NCBI RefSeq assembly: GCF_963921235.1
Contig: NC_086124.1
Span: 23,932,001-23,996,000, forward strand
Source of the DNA: Mobula hypostoma
Taxonomy: Eukaryota
DNA length: 64,000 nt
Reading direction: 5' to 3'
Part shown: one piece after another, positions 1 through 12,807 of the stretch
How positions within the stretch are numbered: position 1 is the stretch's first letter
Layout: every line of letters starts with the position of its first letter
Program-made: the position numbers and the translations under genes
The notes under the pieces: generated by a model
What the model saw: only the letters and a program-made list of their open reading frames with translations
What the model was told of the DNA's origin: nothing
Databases searched by the model: none

Positions 1-355
1 AACTCTACACCTCTGGCCCGTACTACTGAACGGACCGAGCGTGGGCGACACCTCACACATACACAGACAATCAAATATTAAACTCCACCCTTCAAAGCCG
101 CCAAGATCTTATATAAGTCAATAGGATTTAAATCATTAACTTCTCGTTATACGATTCTATGTGCAAACAAATCTCAAGATTCTATAATTCATACGTTCTT
201 TGACAATAAATGCATTTAGAAACTTGAAATGTAGAAGTCCGTGAATTCTATACGTCATCACGCGTTCATATGATACGTGCGGGCCTCGCTTGAAGTCAGA
301 CCCACATCCTTTTGAATTTGTTTAATTAGTTGAGATACAAAGTATAATATCTCAG

Positions 356-600
356 TCTCCCTCTCTTCCTCCCCCTACCCTCTCCTCCTCCTCCCCCTCC
401 CCTCCCCTCTCTCATCCCTCTCTCCTCCTCGCTCCTCTCCCCTCTCCCCTCTCCCCCTCCCCTCCCCCTCTCCCTCTCCCTGCCCTTGCTCTATCTGTCT
501 ACCCGCTCTCCCTTTCCACCACCTTGGTCTCTACCCTCTCTCTCACTCTCTCTCTCCCCGCTCCTCTCTTTCTCTCTCCTCCATCTCTCCTTCTGGTTGA
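356..600. repeat. Polypyrimidine/polypurine tract (C-rich, G-run-rich on the minus strand)
   Basis: Almost pure C/T with many C3-C5 runs. Confidence 0.9.
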
Positions 601-1797
601 ATGACAGTAAACTGGAACTAAATCAAATAGAACGATGGCCTCTATTGTGAGGGACTTGGCATATGGAAGCACAGATGAATGTTTATAAGGATGTTGGTAA
701 GACCATGCCTGGTGTACTGGGTACGGTTCTGTCCTTGGTCCTTAATGCAGAATACGTTTGCAGGGTGAGTTCTGGAGATGAAGGGATTGATTTATAAGGG
801 AAGGTATGAGCAGGTCGGGTCTACACTTCAGAGAGAGAGAGAAAGACATCAAGGTTGTGCGTACTGTCATCTGTGTAGGTGCAATGAAAGCCATAGAACA
901 TATAACACAGCACAGGCCATTTGGCCCACAACCTTTTAGTTTCCTCCAAGATCAAACTAACCCTCCCCACCTACATAGCCCTCTATTTTTTCTATCATCC
1001 ATCCGCCTATCTGAGTCTCTTAAATGCCCCTAATGTATCTGCCCCTCCCACCCCGGCAGGGCGTTTTGTGCATGTGCCACTCTGTGTAAAGAACTTGCCT
1101 CTGAAAAGCCCTTCTCCTTTCCTCCAATCAGCTTAAAATTATGCCAATCTTATTCAGTTCTGCTCTGGGAAAAGTCTCTGCCTGTCCACTCTATCTGTGC
1201 CTCTCATACTCGTTCACTCTGAAGAGAATATCCCCAGCTCGCTTGACTTATCCTCATTACACATGTCTCCTAGTCAAGGTAGTATCCTGCTGAATCTCCT
1301 CTGCACCCTCTCCTTCCACATCCTTCCTATAATGAGGTGACCAAAGCTGAATACACGTCGAAGAGGACCGCAATTTTGTCGTACGGTTTATAGCTGGAGA
1401 AGTATGTTGGCTGGAATCCTGGCTTTACGCTTTGGCTCTTGGTAGGGTCAGCCGTGTCATACAGGTCAAAGGGTAGAGGCCAGATTAACAGTGGTTCACC
1501 AGTCCTCCAGGTTCAGGGGGTTCAGCTAAGGACAATAAATCTGACTAGTCAAACAAAATTGTAATGCAAACAGGAACGAAGAATCCTTCCACATCTGAGT
1601 GTGCCAGTATCCCTAAGGATTTGCATGACTGACAACAGTGAAAACTGTGTCAAATCAAATCATCAACAAGTGGGCTGGGCGCTGCCCGTAAACGTCACCA
1701 CACTGCCGGTGCCAGCATAACGTGAGCATGACTCACTAACCCTAACCTGTACGTCATTGGAATGTGGGAGGAATCGGGAGCAACCGGTGGAAACATC

Positions 1798-2395
1798 ACC
1801 AGAGCTGATATTGAGGCTCCATAAGGCACTCGTGAGACCACACTTGGAGTATTGCGTGCAGTTTAGGTCTCCTTATTACAGAAAGAATATACTGACATTG
1901 GAGAGGGTTCAGAGAAGATTCACGAGAATGATTCCAGGAATGAACGGGTTACAATATGAGGAAAGTCTGGCAGCTCTTGGGCTGTATTCCCTGGAGTTCA
2001 GCAGAATAAGCGGGGTTCTCATAGAAACATTCCGAATGTTAAAAGGCCTGAACAGATTAGATATGGCAAAATTATTTCCCATGGTAGGGGATGCTAGTAA
2101 AGGAGGGGAAGACTTCAGGATTGAAAGACGTCCATTTAGAACCGAGATGCGGGAAAATTACTTTAGTCAGAGGGTGGTAAATCTGTGGAATTTGTTGCAA
2201 CGAACAGCTGTCGAGGCCAAGTCACTGGGTACATTTAAGGCAGCGAAAGATCGGTTCCTGTTTAGCCAAGGCATCAAAAGGTATGGGGAGAAGGCAGGGA
2301 ATTGGGGATGACTGGTAGAATTGCATCAGCCTATGATAGAATAGCAGAGCAGACTCGATGGGCCGAATAGCCTACTTCTGTTCCTATACCTTCTG
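1798..2395 (+). mobile_element. CR1 LINE 3' fragment, inserted in a SINE remnant
   Basis: LRLHKALVRPHLEYCVQF..LERVQRRFTRMIPG..NLWN is a typical CR1 ORF2 C-terminus, followed by 3' UTR. SINE-like pieces flank it at ~1690-1797 and ~2400-2510. Confidence 0.85.
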
Positions 2396-4784
2396 GTCTT
2401 ATGGTCACGGGCAGAACATTCGAAGTCAGACATCAAAAATACAGACATCAGTGGAAATCGAACCCCGATCAATAATCACTGGCACTATAGAGCAATTGTG
2501 CTATCTGCTACGATATCGTGCAGTCTCTGATTATGTTAATTAGACAGTTAAGATTAACTTTGTTTGTAATGTACACTTCTGCTGCTGAAAAATAATTGAT
2601 TTTGATGGTATTTATCTTGATTGAAGCCCTCTGTTGGTCCAGGTTGACCACGGTGTCCCAGCTGTCTGCATGATACGCAAGATGGTACACAACTCAGAGC
2701 AGTACGATATAGGTGACCAAGCCGTTGTCGACACAGCAGGCTCCCCCCTCTCCATGCTGCTGATGAAGCCAAAGGAATGCCAGAGACCGATACAGTTTGG
2801 CACCAGCGGCATCGCAGTAGTTGTTGGTCAGTGTTGTACTCAACGTTCGACTGCCTTATCCGGCTCTGGAATTTTCCCTCGGGGTTCACTCCCAAAGCCT
2901 TCACCATGGAAGGCAGCGGAGGTTTGAGATCAGACTTTTCCTTCTCTTCGATGGAATGCTGACCACAGCTGATGAGCCCCATCTGGCTGAAGCGGTTCGT
3001 TTTAAGGGACCAATAACCCACCTTTGCCCTTTCCCCTGTGCTGGGCTTAATAGCTAACCCACAGGTGAAGTTCCAGGAGCTGGACTTGGATGTCAGAGGC
3101 TATTTGAGCTGTGCACCATTGAGAGCTCATTCCCACTGCCTTCCCAGGCTATAACAACCATAAGGAATTGGCAGTTAGAAGCTGTTCATCTGCTCCCATG
3201 ACAATAAACTTGAACAAGAGAGAATGAACAGCAGAGGGCGCTATAGGGCAATGCTTACTCCAGACATCTGTCAGGAATGGCAGATGAAGTTCAATTCAAA
3301 TAAATGCAAGGTGTTATATTTTCATGGATCAAACCAAGACAGGGCATACACAGTGAAAAGGCAAGTCCTGGTGAGTATTGTAGACACTGTTCCCTCTCAC
3401 ATTTGTGGGTGTGCGACCATGCAGGAACTGAAATGCTCCCGCGCACATCGCCGTTGCTGCTGCGCAGCGGAAATTCTCTTTTATATACTGTTAATATAAT
3501 TTTGAAATATTGGCATCATTTTGAAATGATGCCAATATAATGTTGGAATCTATGTGAATATAATTGAAAAATACCCTGTAAATAATTATGTAAATGAATA
3601 GAGTTTATTAATTTTCTAAATCGTAAACATAACACATACTTTGAAACATTTTAGAGCTTCAATGCATTTACATTGTCAATGTTACAAGTTACAACACTGT
3701 TACAAATTGTAACAATGAACACAGTCGGCAGCTCATTGTTAATAAACTGCCGGCCTGCTGAAAGTTGATGCTGTAATATTCATATTTAAAAAAAACATTT
3801 AAAGTTCCAGGCATTTTTCAGAGTAGTGGTTAGTCCACACAGTAGTAAAAAGAATTAGAGGGAAAGTCAGTTGTAGAACAAAGAGACCAGGGTGTGTTGG
3901 TACATAAAACCTTAAAGTGGCGACATGGACAGGGAGGTAAAGAAGGTGTTTGTACACTTGGCCGTCATCGGAAGGGCACTCAGCACAGGAGTTGGGATGT
4001 CACGTTGTAGCTCTACAAAGACTTCAAAGACAAAGTAACAAACTACGTATACTGTAGTGGGCTGGGTTGATCAGACCGAAACTAATCGAGTGTCCGGCAA
4101 ATGTAATAAGTAAACAGACCCGACAAAGGAACTTAAGCCCAATTTACTATCACAAAAATAGAAAGGGACACAAAATACTCCGTACCAAGTCACAAAGGTT
4201 CCAGTGCTCACAATGCTTAGTGACCAGTTGATTGTTGTTGGGAGAACTGCGAACTCCAACTCGCTCGTGAAATCATCCTGGGTCGTAGGCATCGATCGTG
4301 GTTTACAGTCTAAAGAATCCAGGGGAAAGTGTTCCAGTAAATAGGAGATCCACAGACGTAGAGAGAGAAACACAGAGACAGACAGATGCCTTGATCTTTT
4401 GCCTTCCTGCCATTAACCCAGCCTGGATTCCTTCATTCATTAACACAGTGTTCAGCATACCCTTAACATAGAACATAGAACTTAGAATAGTACAGCACAG
4501 TACAGGCCCTTCGGCCCATAATGTTCTGTGACCCTCAAACCCTTCCTCCTATTTAAGCCCCCACCTTAAATTTCTCCATATACCGTTACTAATCAGTTGA
4601 ACACTGTAATGGTCAGTCTTTATCCATCAGTCCACCAATGTTTAGGACTTAAATTTCATTGAAATTACAGACGATCAGTGTATCTTAAATGCCCTGCCTC
4701 TTCCGACTTTAAATACCCTGCCCTAAATACCCTATAAACCTATACGTGCCTAAATGCCTCTAAATGCCTAACCGCCCTGCCTTT

Positions 4785-4800
4785 CATCATCATCATCATC

Positions 4801-4859
<59 letters not shown>

Positions 4860-4870
4860 CATCATCATCA
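4785..4870. repeat. (CAT)n microsatellite, probably the tail of a minus-strand RTE-like retroelement
   Basis: About 28 units here, ~10 at 29765-29795 and ~16 at 42147-42195. Adjacent sequence resembles an RTE 3' end (inference). Confidence 0.8.
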
Positions 4871-5999
4871 GTCCGGTGAGCCCTGAGCCCAGACTCTCGT
4901 TTTGTGGCCACTGTCCACGGCTCCCTGGGTAACTGAGCCATTTCCTCCAGCCAAGATTGCGCCGAGCTTCAGTCTCTATCGAGGTCGTGACTCAGACTGA
5001 CGTTAATTTTTTTAGGATCGTATCAATGTTTTTGGTGACAGATGGTGGTTTTACTGGTCAGGTTAGGATTTTGCGACTGGAATGTGGGGTAATTCGAGGT
5101 CAGGCCAGATCTGGGGCTTTACTCCACGAGCGAAGGCCACCAATGACGTGAATGAAGGACTTTCATGGATGGGCGTCCAGTTGGGAAACATGCTGGACAA
5201 AGACTAGCTGGTTCTCCTCCACACCCTGGGTCAGTCAGTTCGCTTTAGAAGCAGTGGGATTGGAGGTCGAGGAGGGCAGGAAGGATGAGGGCTGGTGACC
5301 CCTTAGCTACTCCAGTTGGCGTGTCTGGAGTTCGGGTCTAATGCCATCGAAGAGGCCGTAGTTCGAGGACTGGAGTACACGGTCCCATCATCATTGCGCC
5401 CTGTGGTCAAGGACTGAAGGTCGATCGCGAGTCTAGAAATTGAGACCCGATGGCCTCCGACACTGGGTCACAACAGACGCAGCCACCCGGCCTTTCCTGG
5501 GTTTGGAGGACGGTCTGTGTGTGCGCGCCTGCGTGGCGGGTCAGCGGGTGAGAGGGAGGTACAAGGTTTCTTCTGCTGTTGTTCTGCTGAACGTGGTGGG
5601 CAAGCTACGTAGGCGTCAGAATGTGTGGCAACACTGGCGGGCTGCACCCAACACAGCCTGTTGGTTGTTTCGATACACACACACCATATATCAATCAGTC
5701 TGAATCTGGGGCCGTGGGACCCACTTCTGGAGCGAGCTGAGATTAAGATCTCAGAAGCCACTCTTGGAGTCTTCGGGAATTGCTACGCTGTGGGAGAAGG
5801 TAGCGATGATTTGAAGGCGCAGCGTGGGAATGGTACTGCCGAGGGTCCTCCACACCGAGGGGTTTGGAGAATGGTACCGAGGGGTTGCGGCACCGTGACA
5901 TGGGCGGGAAATGTGGCACTGCTGAGCTCCGTCAGGATCGCCACACTGATGCAATCTTCCAGAGTAGACACTGCAGGTTCGCATCAGCAAGTGATGTCA

Positions 6000-7290
6000 C
6001 AGTTGTATAAAACTTTGGATGGGGTGCACTTGGTTTAACTGTGTGCAGTTCAGGCCGTCCCATTACAGGAAAGATGCGGAGGAGTGGAGGTTACAGAGAA
6101 AATAGAACACATCACAGATCAGAACAGGCTGTTCGGCCCACAATAGAATTTGGAAGGATCGGGGCAGGAATCTCATTGAAACCTTTCAAATGTTGAAAGG
6201 CCTAGACAGAGCAGATGTGGGAAGGATGTTTCCCATGGTAGGGGAAATCTACAACAAGAGGGCACAGCCTCAGGATAGAGGGGCGTCCATTTAAAACAGA
6301 GATGTGGAGAAATTTCTTTAGCCAGAGGCTGGTGAATTTGTCGAATCTGTCACCTGTAGAGGCCAGGTCGTTGGGTGCATTTAAGGAAGAACCTGATAGG
6401 TTCTTTTTTGGACACGGCATCAAAGGTTACGGGGAGTGAGGCTGTGGCGGGGTGGGGGGGGTCAGCCATGATTGAGTGGCAGAGCAGATTTGATGGGCCA
6501 AATAACCTAATTCTACCCCCATGTGTTAGGATGTTATGTTATGTCCAGCTATTTACCTGCTCTAAGATTAATCCAACCCTTCCGTCCCACATATCCCTCC
6601 ATTGTACCATCATCCATTTGCCTGTCCAAGAGTTACTTAAATGTCCCCAAAGTATGTGTGTCCACTACCACCCCTGCTGATGCGTTCCGCGCACCCACCA
6701 CTCTCTGTGTGAAAAACCTACCTCTGACATCCCCTCCATACTTTCCTCCAATCACCTTAAAATTGTACCCCATCATATTAGCCATTTCCGCCCTGAGAAA
6801 AAGCCTCTGGCTCTCCAGTCTATCGATGCCTCTTGTCGTCTTGCACACCTCTATCAGGTCACCTCTCATCCTCCTTTGCTGCGGAGAGAAAAGCCCCAGC
6901 TTGCTGAACCTGTCTTCATAAGACATGCTCTCTAATCCAGGCAGCATTCTGGTAAATCTTCTCTGCACCCTCTCTAAATGAAATGGCCTGAACTGAACAC
7001 AATACTTCAAGTGTGGTCTAACTGGAGTTCTGTGATGAAACATTATCTGATGGATCTGAAACTTAATCATCCGACTGATGACGGCCAACACTCCTTACAC
7101 TTTCTTCACCATCCTGTCGGCTTGCTACTGACTTTCAGGCATCTCCGGGCTCCGTCTCTGTTCCTCCACACTGCTAAAAGTCCTGACATAAACTCTGCCT
7201 TCAAGTTCAACATTACAAAGTGAGTCATTTCACACTTTTCTGAGTGACACTCTGAGGTGTCAGAGTTCAGTGAATCACCGATGACAAAGG
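6000..7290. mobile_element. Convergent CR1 3' fragments (+ ~6000-6545, - ~6555-7290)
   Basis: QLYKTLDG on +, VRPHLKYCVQF..LERVQRRFTRMLPG on -. Paralogues at ~30930-32230 and ~43320-44620. Confidence 0.8.
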
Positions 7291-9246
7291 CTTTGGAGAG
7301 GGTGGAGAAAAGGGGGCAAGTACGACTCAAGGGTTGAAACGGCTTCCAGATGGGCACGGGATAGAGGCACAGGAGCAGTATGACATGGTCTGCCAGCATC
7401 GGCAACGACCTCATCTCTCTGGCTGTGAAACTGCAGAGGACCCTGCCACCACCGGACTCTCATCACAACGACAACAGCTGTTTACAGTTTACTGTTTACT
7501 GTTTACCTCTGTTCAGCGCTACACCGACATTGAATTATACTTATAAGCTTACCTGTGGCAATATTTTGTGTCATGCGCTGTGTGTCATGCATATTTTGTA
7601 TGTTTCCGTAGTCCCGGGGAACAATGCTTCGTTTGATCGTATATATGTACCGCCAGATAACAAATGTGAACTTGAGAAGGAGAAAGGATAAGTGACGCGT
7701 AGAAGTTAAATATATTACGCACTGCGTTATTGTTGACTGGAAATCGTTGTCATACAGACTCATAGATGGTGATAGAAAGGAGCATCTGAAAATATCTGGA
7801 CGGACACAAACCCAAGCGGAGGCTGGGGTGACAGGTGTATTTACCTCTGACAGGATTGTGTTGAAAACAGAGTCAAACCACTTTTTCCCGTGTGGCAATC
7901 CTAAACACCAGAGAGTATGGAATTAAAGTGAAAAGGAGGATATTTCAAAGGAGTCTTACAGTGCAAACGCTTCCACACAAGGGTGATGGATTCTAGGAAC
8001 GCGTTGTCGGGATAAACGGTGCGGGTAGTTTGTAACTGCAGCGAATACGCGATGTTTAGATTGGTTGACAAGTGAATTGTGTAATATCCACTATATGGCG
8101 GCGTATAAGGCTAGTTTAAAATGTTTGGATAATAATTCAGAACTGGCGGTGTTGTGCATGTTGAGGAAGTTTCTCGAAAGATCCTGCACTATATATGCCA
8201 ATTGGGTATTTGGGAAGAAACTCGCAAGATGAAGTTAATCCAGAACCAGTGGCCTTCTACACACTGTGTGTGGGGTGAGGTTAAATGCAATCAAAAAATA
8301 TTTATTGAATGGACTGGATGCTTGGAAGCTTTAATGAACAATAGGAACTTTGTCTGGACCTCCATGTCTTTCTGAATGTAACATGGCACGGAGAGATGTT
8401 GGTAAAGAAGGAGTAAGCATCCTTCTGTTAAATGTGGTATTTTAAGTGATGATTAGTAAGTCATGCAGCAACTGCGTGAATAATTGAACGTCGATATCTC
8501 CGACTTTCAGTTCACTTTCTTCTATTTTCCATTACTTTAATTCTCCGCTCTGCCCCCACCTCGTTCCTCTCTCTTCTCCACTGCACATTTCCTCCGCTTA
8601 CTGCCCCTTCCCTCTCTCCTGTGATCCACTCGCTTTTCCGATCTGATTCCTTCTTCTGCTATTTGTCTTCCACTTACCACCTCCTTACCATGCTTCACAC
8701 CACTCTCGTATTCATTACTTTAACTGCCACTTTCTAGTCTGTACACATTCCCCTCCGTCCACCTTATTACTCTGATTTCTTTCCTCTTCCTTTCCAGGTT
8801 CGATGATGTTTCCGGAAAACTCGACTGTTTATTCATTTATATAGATCCTGCCTGAGCTAATAAGCCCCCGACCATTTTGCATGCGTTGCTGAGGATGTTT
8901 AGCATCTGCAAAATCTCTTGGCTGCGGAAATAATTGTTTTGGCACATTTGGACCGTCGTTCATTTGGCCTACTAAGCATCACTTAAACAGAGTATTCATT
9001 AAGCAGAGATTGACCACGGAGACGCACATGAGGAGTTTAAATTAGCGTTATTGTTGGCACCCCAACCATGTGCCGAACGGTCTATTCCTGTGCTGCTCTG
9101 ATCTGTGTTCATCATTTTCACCCACGTATTTATAAAATTGAGTTAAGTGCGGATTCTTTGATTCGATTACTGGGCCAGACAGCCCTGTTTCCCATAGTTC
9201 TTGAGAGACAAACAGAATGATAGAATGCGGCACACAACTGCTGATA

Positions 9247-9252
9247 TTTATT
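9247..9252 (-). terminator. Candidate polyadenylation signal AATAAA about 235 nt after the GPCR copy 1 stop
   Basis: AATAAA also at 46194-46199; AGTAAA variant at 34166-34171 in copy 2. Confidence 0.4.
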
Positions 9253-9486
9253 CCGCGACATAGAAGCTAGTCGATTTTACAGGAGCGGGAAGTTGAGGGA
9301 GGAAGTTTCATTTTAAGAGTATCTTATTTTTCTTATTTATCGATACAGCAGGGTAGCAGGGGTTTCCACCAGAACCTTCACGTCTTTGCAATGTGTATGC
9401 AACAGAGGCATCTGGAGTAAACCTCCGCCGTCGCCGATAGATCGTACAAAATTCATAGAGACGGCTGTGGGGACTGAAATCGCGCC

Positions 9487-11547
9487 TCAGGCGCTGTGAA
9501 GCATTGTGCGAACCACTACGCTACGTTTAATCGGTGGACTTAGTTTCCCATTAGCTGGTCTCACTAGGTGAGAGAATGGAGATTTCAACACCTCCCTCAT
9601 CTGCTCCCTGAACTTCTTCTGGGTCAAGGCGTAAAGAGCCGTGTTTGTGCAGCAGCTCAGTAGCTGCAGCATGTAGCCCAGCTCCCTCATGGTCGAAGGT
9701 GGGTACAATGCAAAATTCAGATATGATAAACGAAAATAATATGATCGTATCCACACAGTGTGCACAACAAAAACCACCCACAACACGATGAAATTCGCCG
9801 ACACGACCAATAGTAAAATGAGCGACTTCCTCCGGCTTTGCATCTCCGGGTCTTTGGAGCTATCCCTATTGCTGTGATTCCGGAGTCTCCTCCGAGATCT
9901 GCTCGCCACTACCACGTGTCTGATGGTCAAAGCATTGAGCAGCAGAATGACCACAAACGGGATCACAGGCGTCAGAAAGAAGCTGCAAGACTCGACTATT
10001 GTCCAGGCAACTGAGAACAGAACACCGTCTCTTCCGTGGCAAAACCAAGGGACGTTATTAAACTGGTAGCGTCCTGAGAGCAAAAAATACCAGAAAATGT
10101 TCTTCAAACAGCTCAGGGCGGCCACAGTCCACAGAACAACAGCCGCAGTTCTCTCGGTGCAGTATTTAGCTTTCAGATTCTGGTAGCGAATAGCCACAAA
10201 TCGGTCGAAGGTGAACATGACGGTGAACCAGACGGAGCAGTCGTTAGCTGTGTAACGTAGGACGGCGTGGATATTACACACGGGGATGTTCGTCAGGAAC
10301 ATAAACGCTTCCCAAAAAACAATAGGAATCTGCCTCAATACCAGGTCGAAGACAACAACGAGAAGATCCGCCATTGCCATGGCCATCAAGTAACGAGCGA
10401 CGCCTTGCGAAAGACCGCACTTTCCCTGGGACAGGACCACAATCGTCAGCACGTTCACTATTGGGATTGAAAGAAACACAAGCATGTTTGTGGGCAAGGA
10501 ACAATGTCAGCACTGTCACAGACAGGAAATATGGAAACATGTTTTTGAAGCCAGAATGGAAGACTGCAGTTTTCCAGCATCAGCGATGTCTGCTGGTGAC
10601 GAGGATTATAGCTCAGTGAAGTCGACAAAGAACTGGAAAATAACGTCACCACGCCAAACAACGAACAGCTGAGAAGATGTGCCCTCGGATTTCGGTGAAG
10701 ATGAATTTGAAATAGGGCTCGAAATTGGTCATTGAATTGGAATTGCTTTACTGTTACGGAAGTGGAATAACAAGGGTACAGGGAAACACGCGTCTCCACA
10801 ATGTGCATACAGATCAATTCTTTACTCAGTGCTTTGAGGCGTGACGTAATATCATTTCAGGCTCTCCGGCTTCTTCTGCTGGTCTTTTAAATTTATACAA
10901 TATTTCGGAAGCCATCCATTTTAAACTGCAGTCCAAATAGGGAGTTCGGTATCTAAAGCTGCAAGGGACGCTTACTCAGTTGAGAATTTTAAACGCCAGC
11001 TCAGAAGATCTTTATTTAACTGGATTTTAACTGGAATTATTTTTCTGCTCTTTTCATGTTATTTCTGTTTGTATTATAAAAGCACATTAAAACTTCGTCT
11101 ATTTGTAAAGTGCTCTAATTATTATTATTATTATTATTTTTATTTTTGCTGTTTTTGTTGTTGTGATCGTTGTTGTTTAAAGAAAAAAAACGGGGAGATA
11201 AATGTTATTGACCGAATATGTCAATGTATTACAGGTTCATCATCAAAATTTCAGTTAGTGAGGAGATGGACTGCGTTAACCGGAAAATGTCATTAAATTC
11301 CTAAATATCAACTTTCTTTAAAGGAACCCGTGATCACTGCTTCTCCTTCTCTTGTCAGCAACTTACCGGGAAATGCAACCATAGCGAGAACGGGATAGTA
11401 GATGGGCTGAATTGTCCGAAGTAAATACCAGATCCGTATGTCTGCTGGTATCCAAGCGTCATTCGAAAAAATATAGGGAGCCAGGCTGAAGACACCCTTT
11501 CCCGTCCCAGGAACATTCCATGGTCCTATATCTAGTTCCTGAACCAT
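9487..11547 (-). CDS. Two-exon class A (rhodopsin-like) orphan GPCR, GPR139/GPR142-like, 383 aa, copy 1 (exon 1 11547-11367, exon 2 10457-9487)
   Basis: ATG at 11547. Exon 1 ends ..IYYPVLAMVAFP G|gtaagt and the acceptor is tttctttcaatcccaatag|TG AAC, giving an in-frame phase-1 join across a 909-nt intron. Seven hydrophobic helices with MAMADLL (TM2), PVC, TFDRFVAI (TM3), WFC (ECL2), SANFIVLW (TM6) and CTNTALY (TM7). Family assignment is from motif recall, not a search. Confidence 0.92.
11118..11177. repeat. Compound (ATT)n/(GTT)n microsatellite in the GPCR intron
   Basis: Length-variable paralogues at ~36030-36072 and ~47896-47968. Confidence 0.85.
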
Positions 11548-11743
11548 TGCCCGTCACTATTGCCAGATTCCAGTCGGTGACCGGCGATTCGCACGCTGCA
11601 CATGTGACCGTTCACGTAAAATTCCGCTTTGATGTTATCAGTTCCCCAAAAATTATTGTCTTCCCCTGTCGAGCCACTGCGGTCCGTGTGTGACGGAGGG
11701 GTTGCTCTCGCTAACACTATGAACCTTAATCGAAAGGAGCAAT

Positions 11744-11751
11744 TTTAAATA
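11744..11751 (-). promoter_or_regulatory. TATA-like TATTTAAA about 200 nt upstream of the GPCR ATG
   Basis: Kept in all three copies (36610-36617, 48504-48511). Motif only, no TSS data. Confidence 0.35.
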
Positions 11752-12799
11752 GAGCTGCTAATCCCCCAGTGACAGAACCAGGCTCCATACGGGCTGACGT
11801 TAATTACTCAACATACATCTACGGTTAACCCCTTTGAATCCGGATCGCTGGTGCAAAAGGTAAAACGAATTATTAAACAGGGTGGTGATGTCCGGAATAT
11901 ATGTCCACCGGTCCCGGACATTCGTTCTGCATCATCTAGCAGGAGACAGAATAGCTTGCAAGCACGTACCATCAGGCTCAGTAACAGCTTCAATCACCAC
12001 ATTATTAAAATATTCAACCCTTCCCCCTGACGATCAGATGGACTCTTGATATTGCAATCTGCCTCGCTCTGACTTTGCAATTTGTTGTTCCCCTGCGCCA
12101 CACTTTCTCTGTAACTGTAGCACTTTATTCTGCATTCTGTCATTGTATCACCCGGAAATCAATGCACTGAGGCAATCATTCTTCTCTTTTTTTTTTTTGA
12201 ATGAGGAGTATGTAAAACAAGGTTGTTTTCTTTTCCCAGCATCGGCAAATACAATGAAGGCCCGTGTAACATCAGTGTCCCATCGGGCAGGATGCTGCGC
12301 AGCGTCCTCACCAGGACCAGCAGTATCTAAAACAGTTACTTTCTCCAGGCAGTAACTGATCGACACTTATACCGACCAACACATTCCACCATCTCCCCCT
12401 CTGACCCAACACCACTACTTTATTATTTCCTATCAGTAAACATGTAAACAGCCCTTAGAATCACTTTGTAGACATATCAATCTCTGAATATAAACTATTT
12501 ATGCATTTATATTTATTGTCCTTTTTATTACTGTGCTCTTTGCCCTATTGTGTTTTTTGGCGCTGCAATGGATCCGGAGTAACAACTGTTTCGTTCTCCT
12601 TTGCGCTTGTGTAATGGAAATAATATTGAACAATTTTGAATCTTGAATAATAGACCCATTTACTAATTGAACACTCTGCAGTGTGATGGATCAATCGGTT
12701 AGGGAGCGGCCTGCAGGTTCTGATGAAAGACTCAGAGGGGATCCTTTCTTAAGACGGGAGGAGGGTGATGGAAACCTTGCAACTTTGCTCCAGTTAATC

Positions 12800-12807
12800 T
12801 GACGTCA
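12800..12807. promoter_or_regulatory. Full palindromic CRE (TGACGTCA) about 1.25 kb upstream of GPCR copy 1
   Basis: Also at 37660-37667; changed to TGAAGTCA at 49471-49478. Confidence 0.3.

Noticed and set aside
4071-4373. ~100-aa ORF open in all three sub-units (also 5625-6038 and 7503-7898 types)
   Set aside because: No domain motif or convincing splice pair. Persistence is explained by recent duplication and conversion.
10458-10497. ORF-track start MPTNMLVFLSIPI for a 336-aa single-exon GPCR
   Set aside because: It starts at TTG and is the intron polypyrimidine tract. TM1 is completed only by the upstream exon via canonical phase-1 sites.
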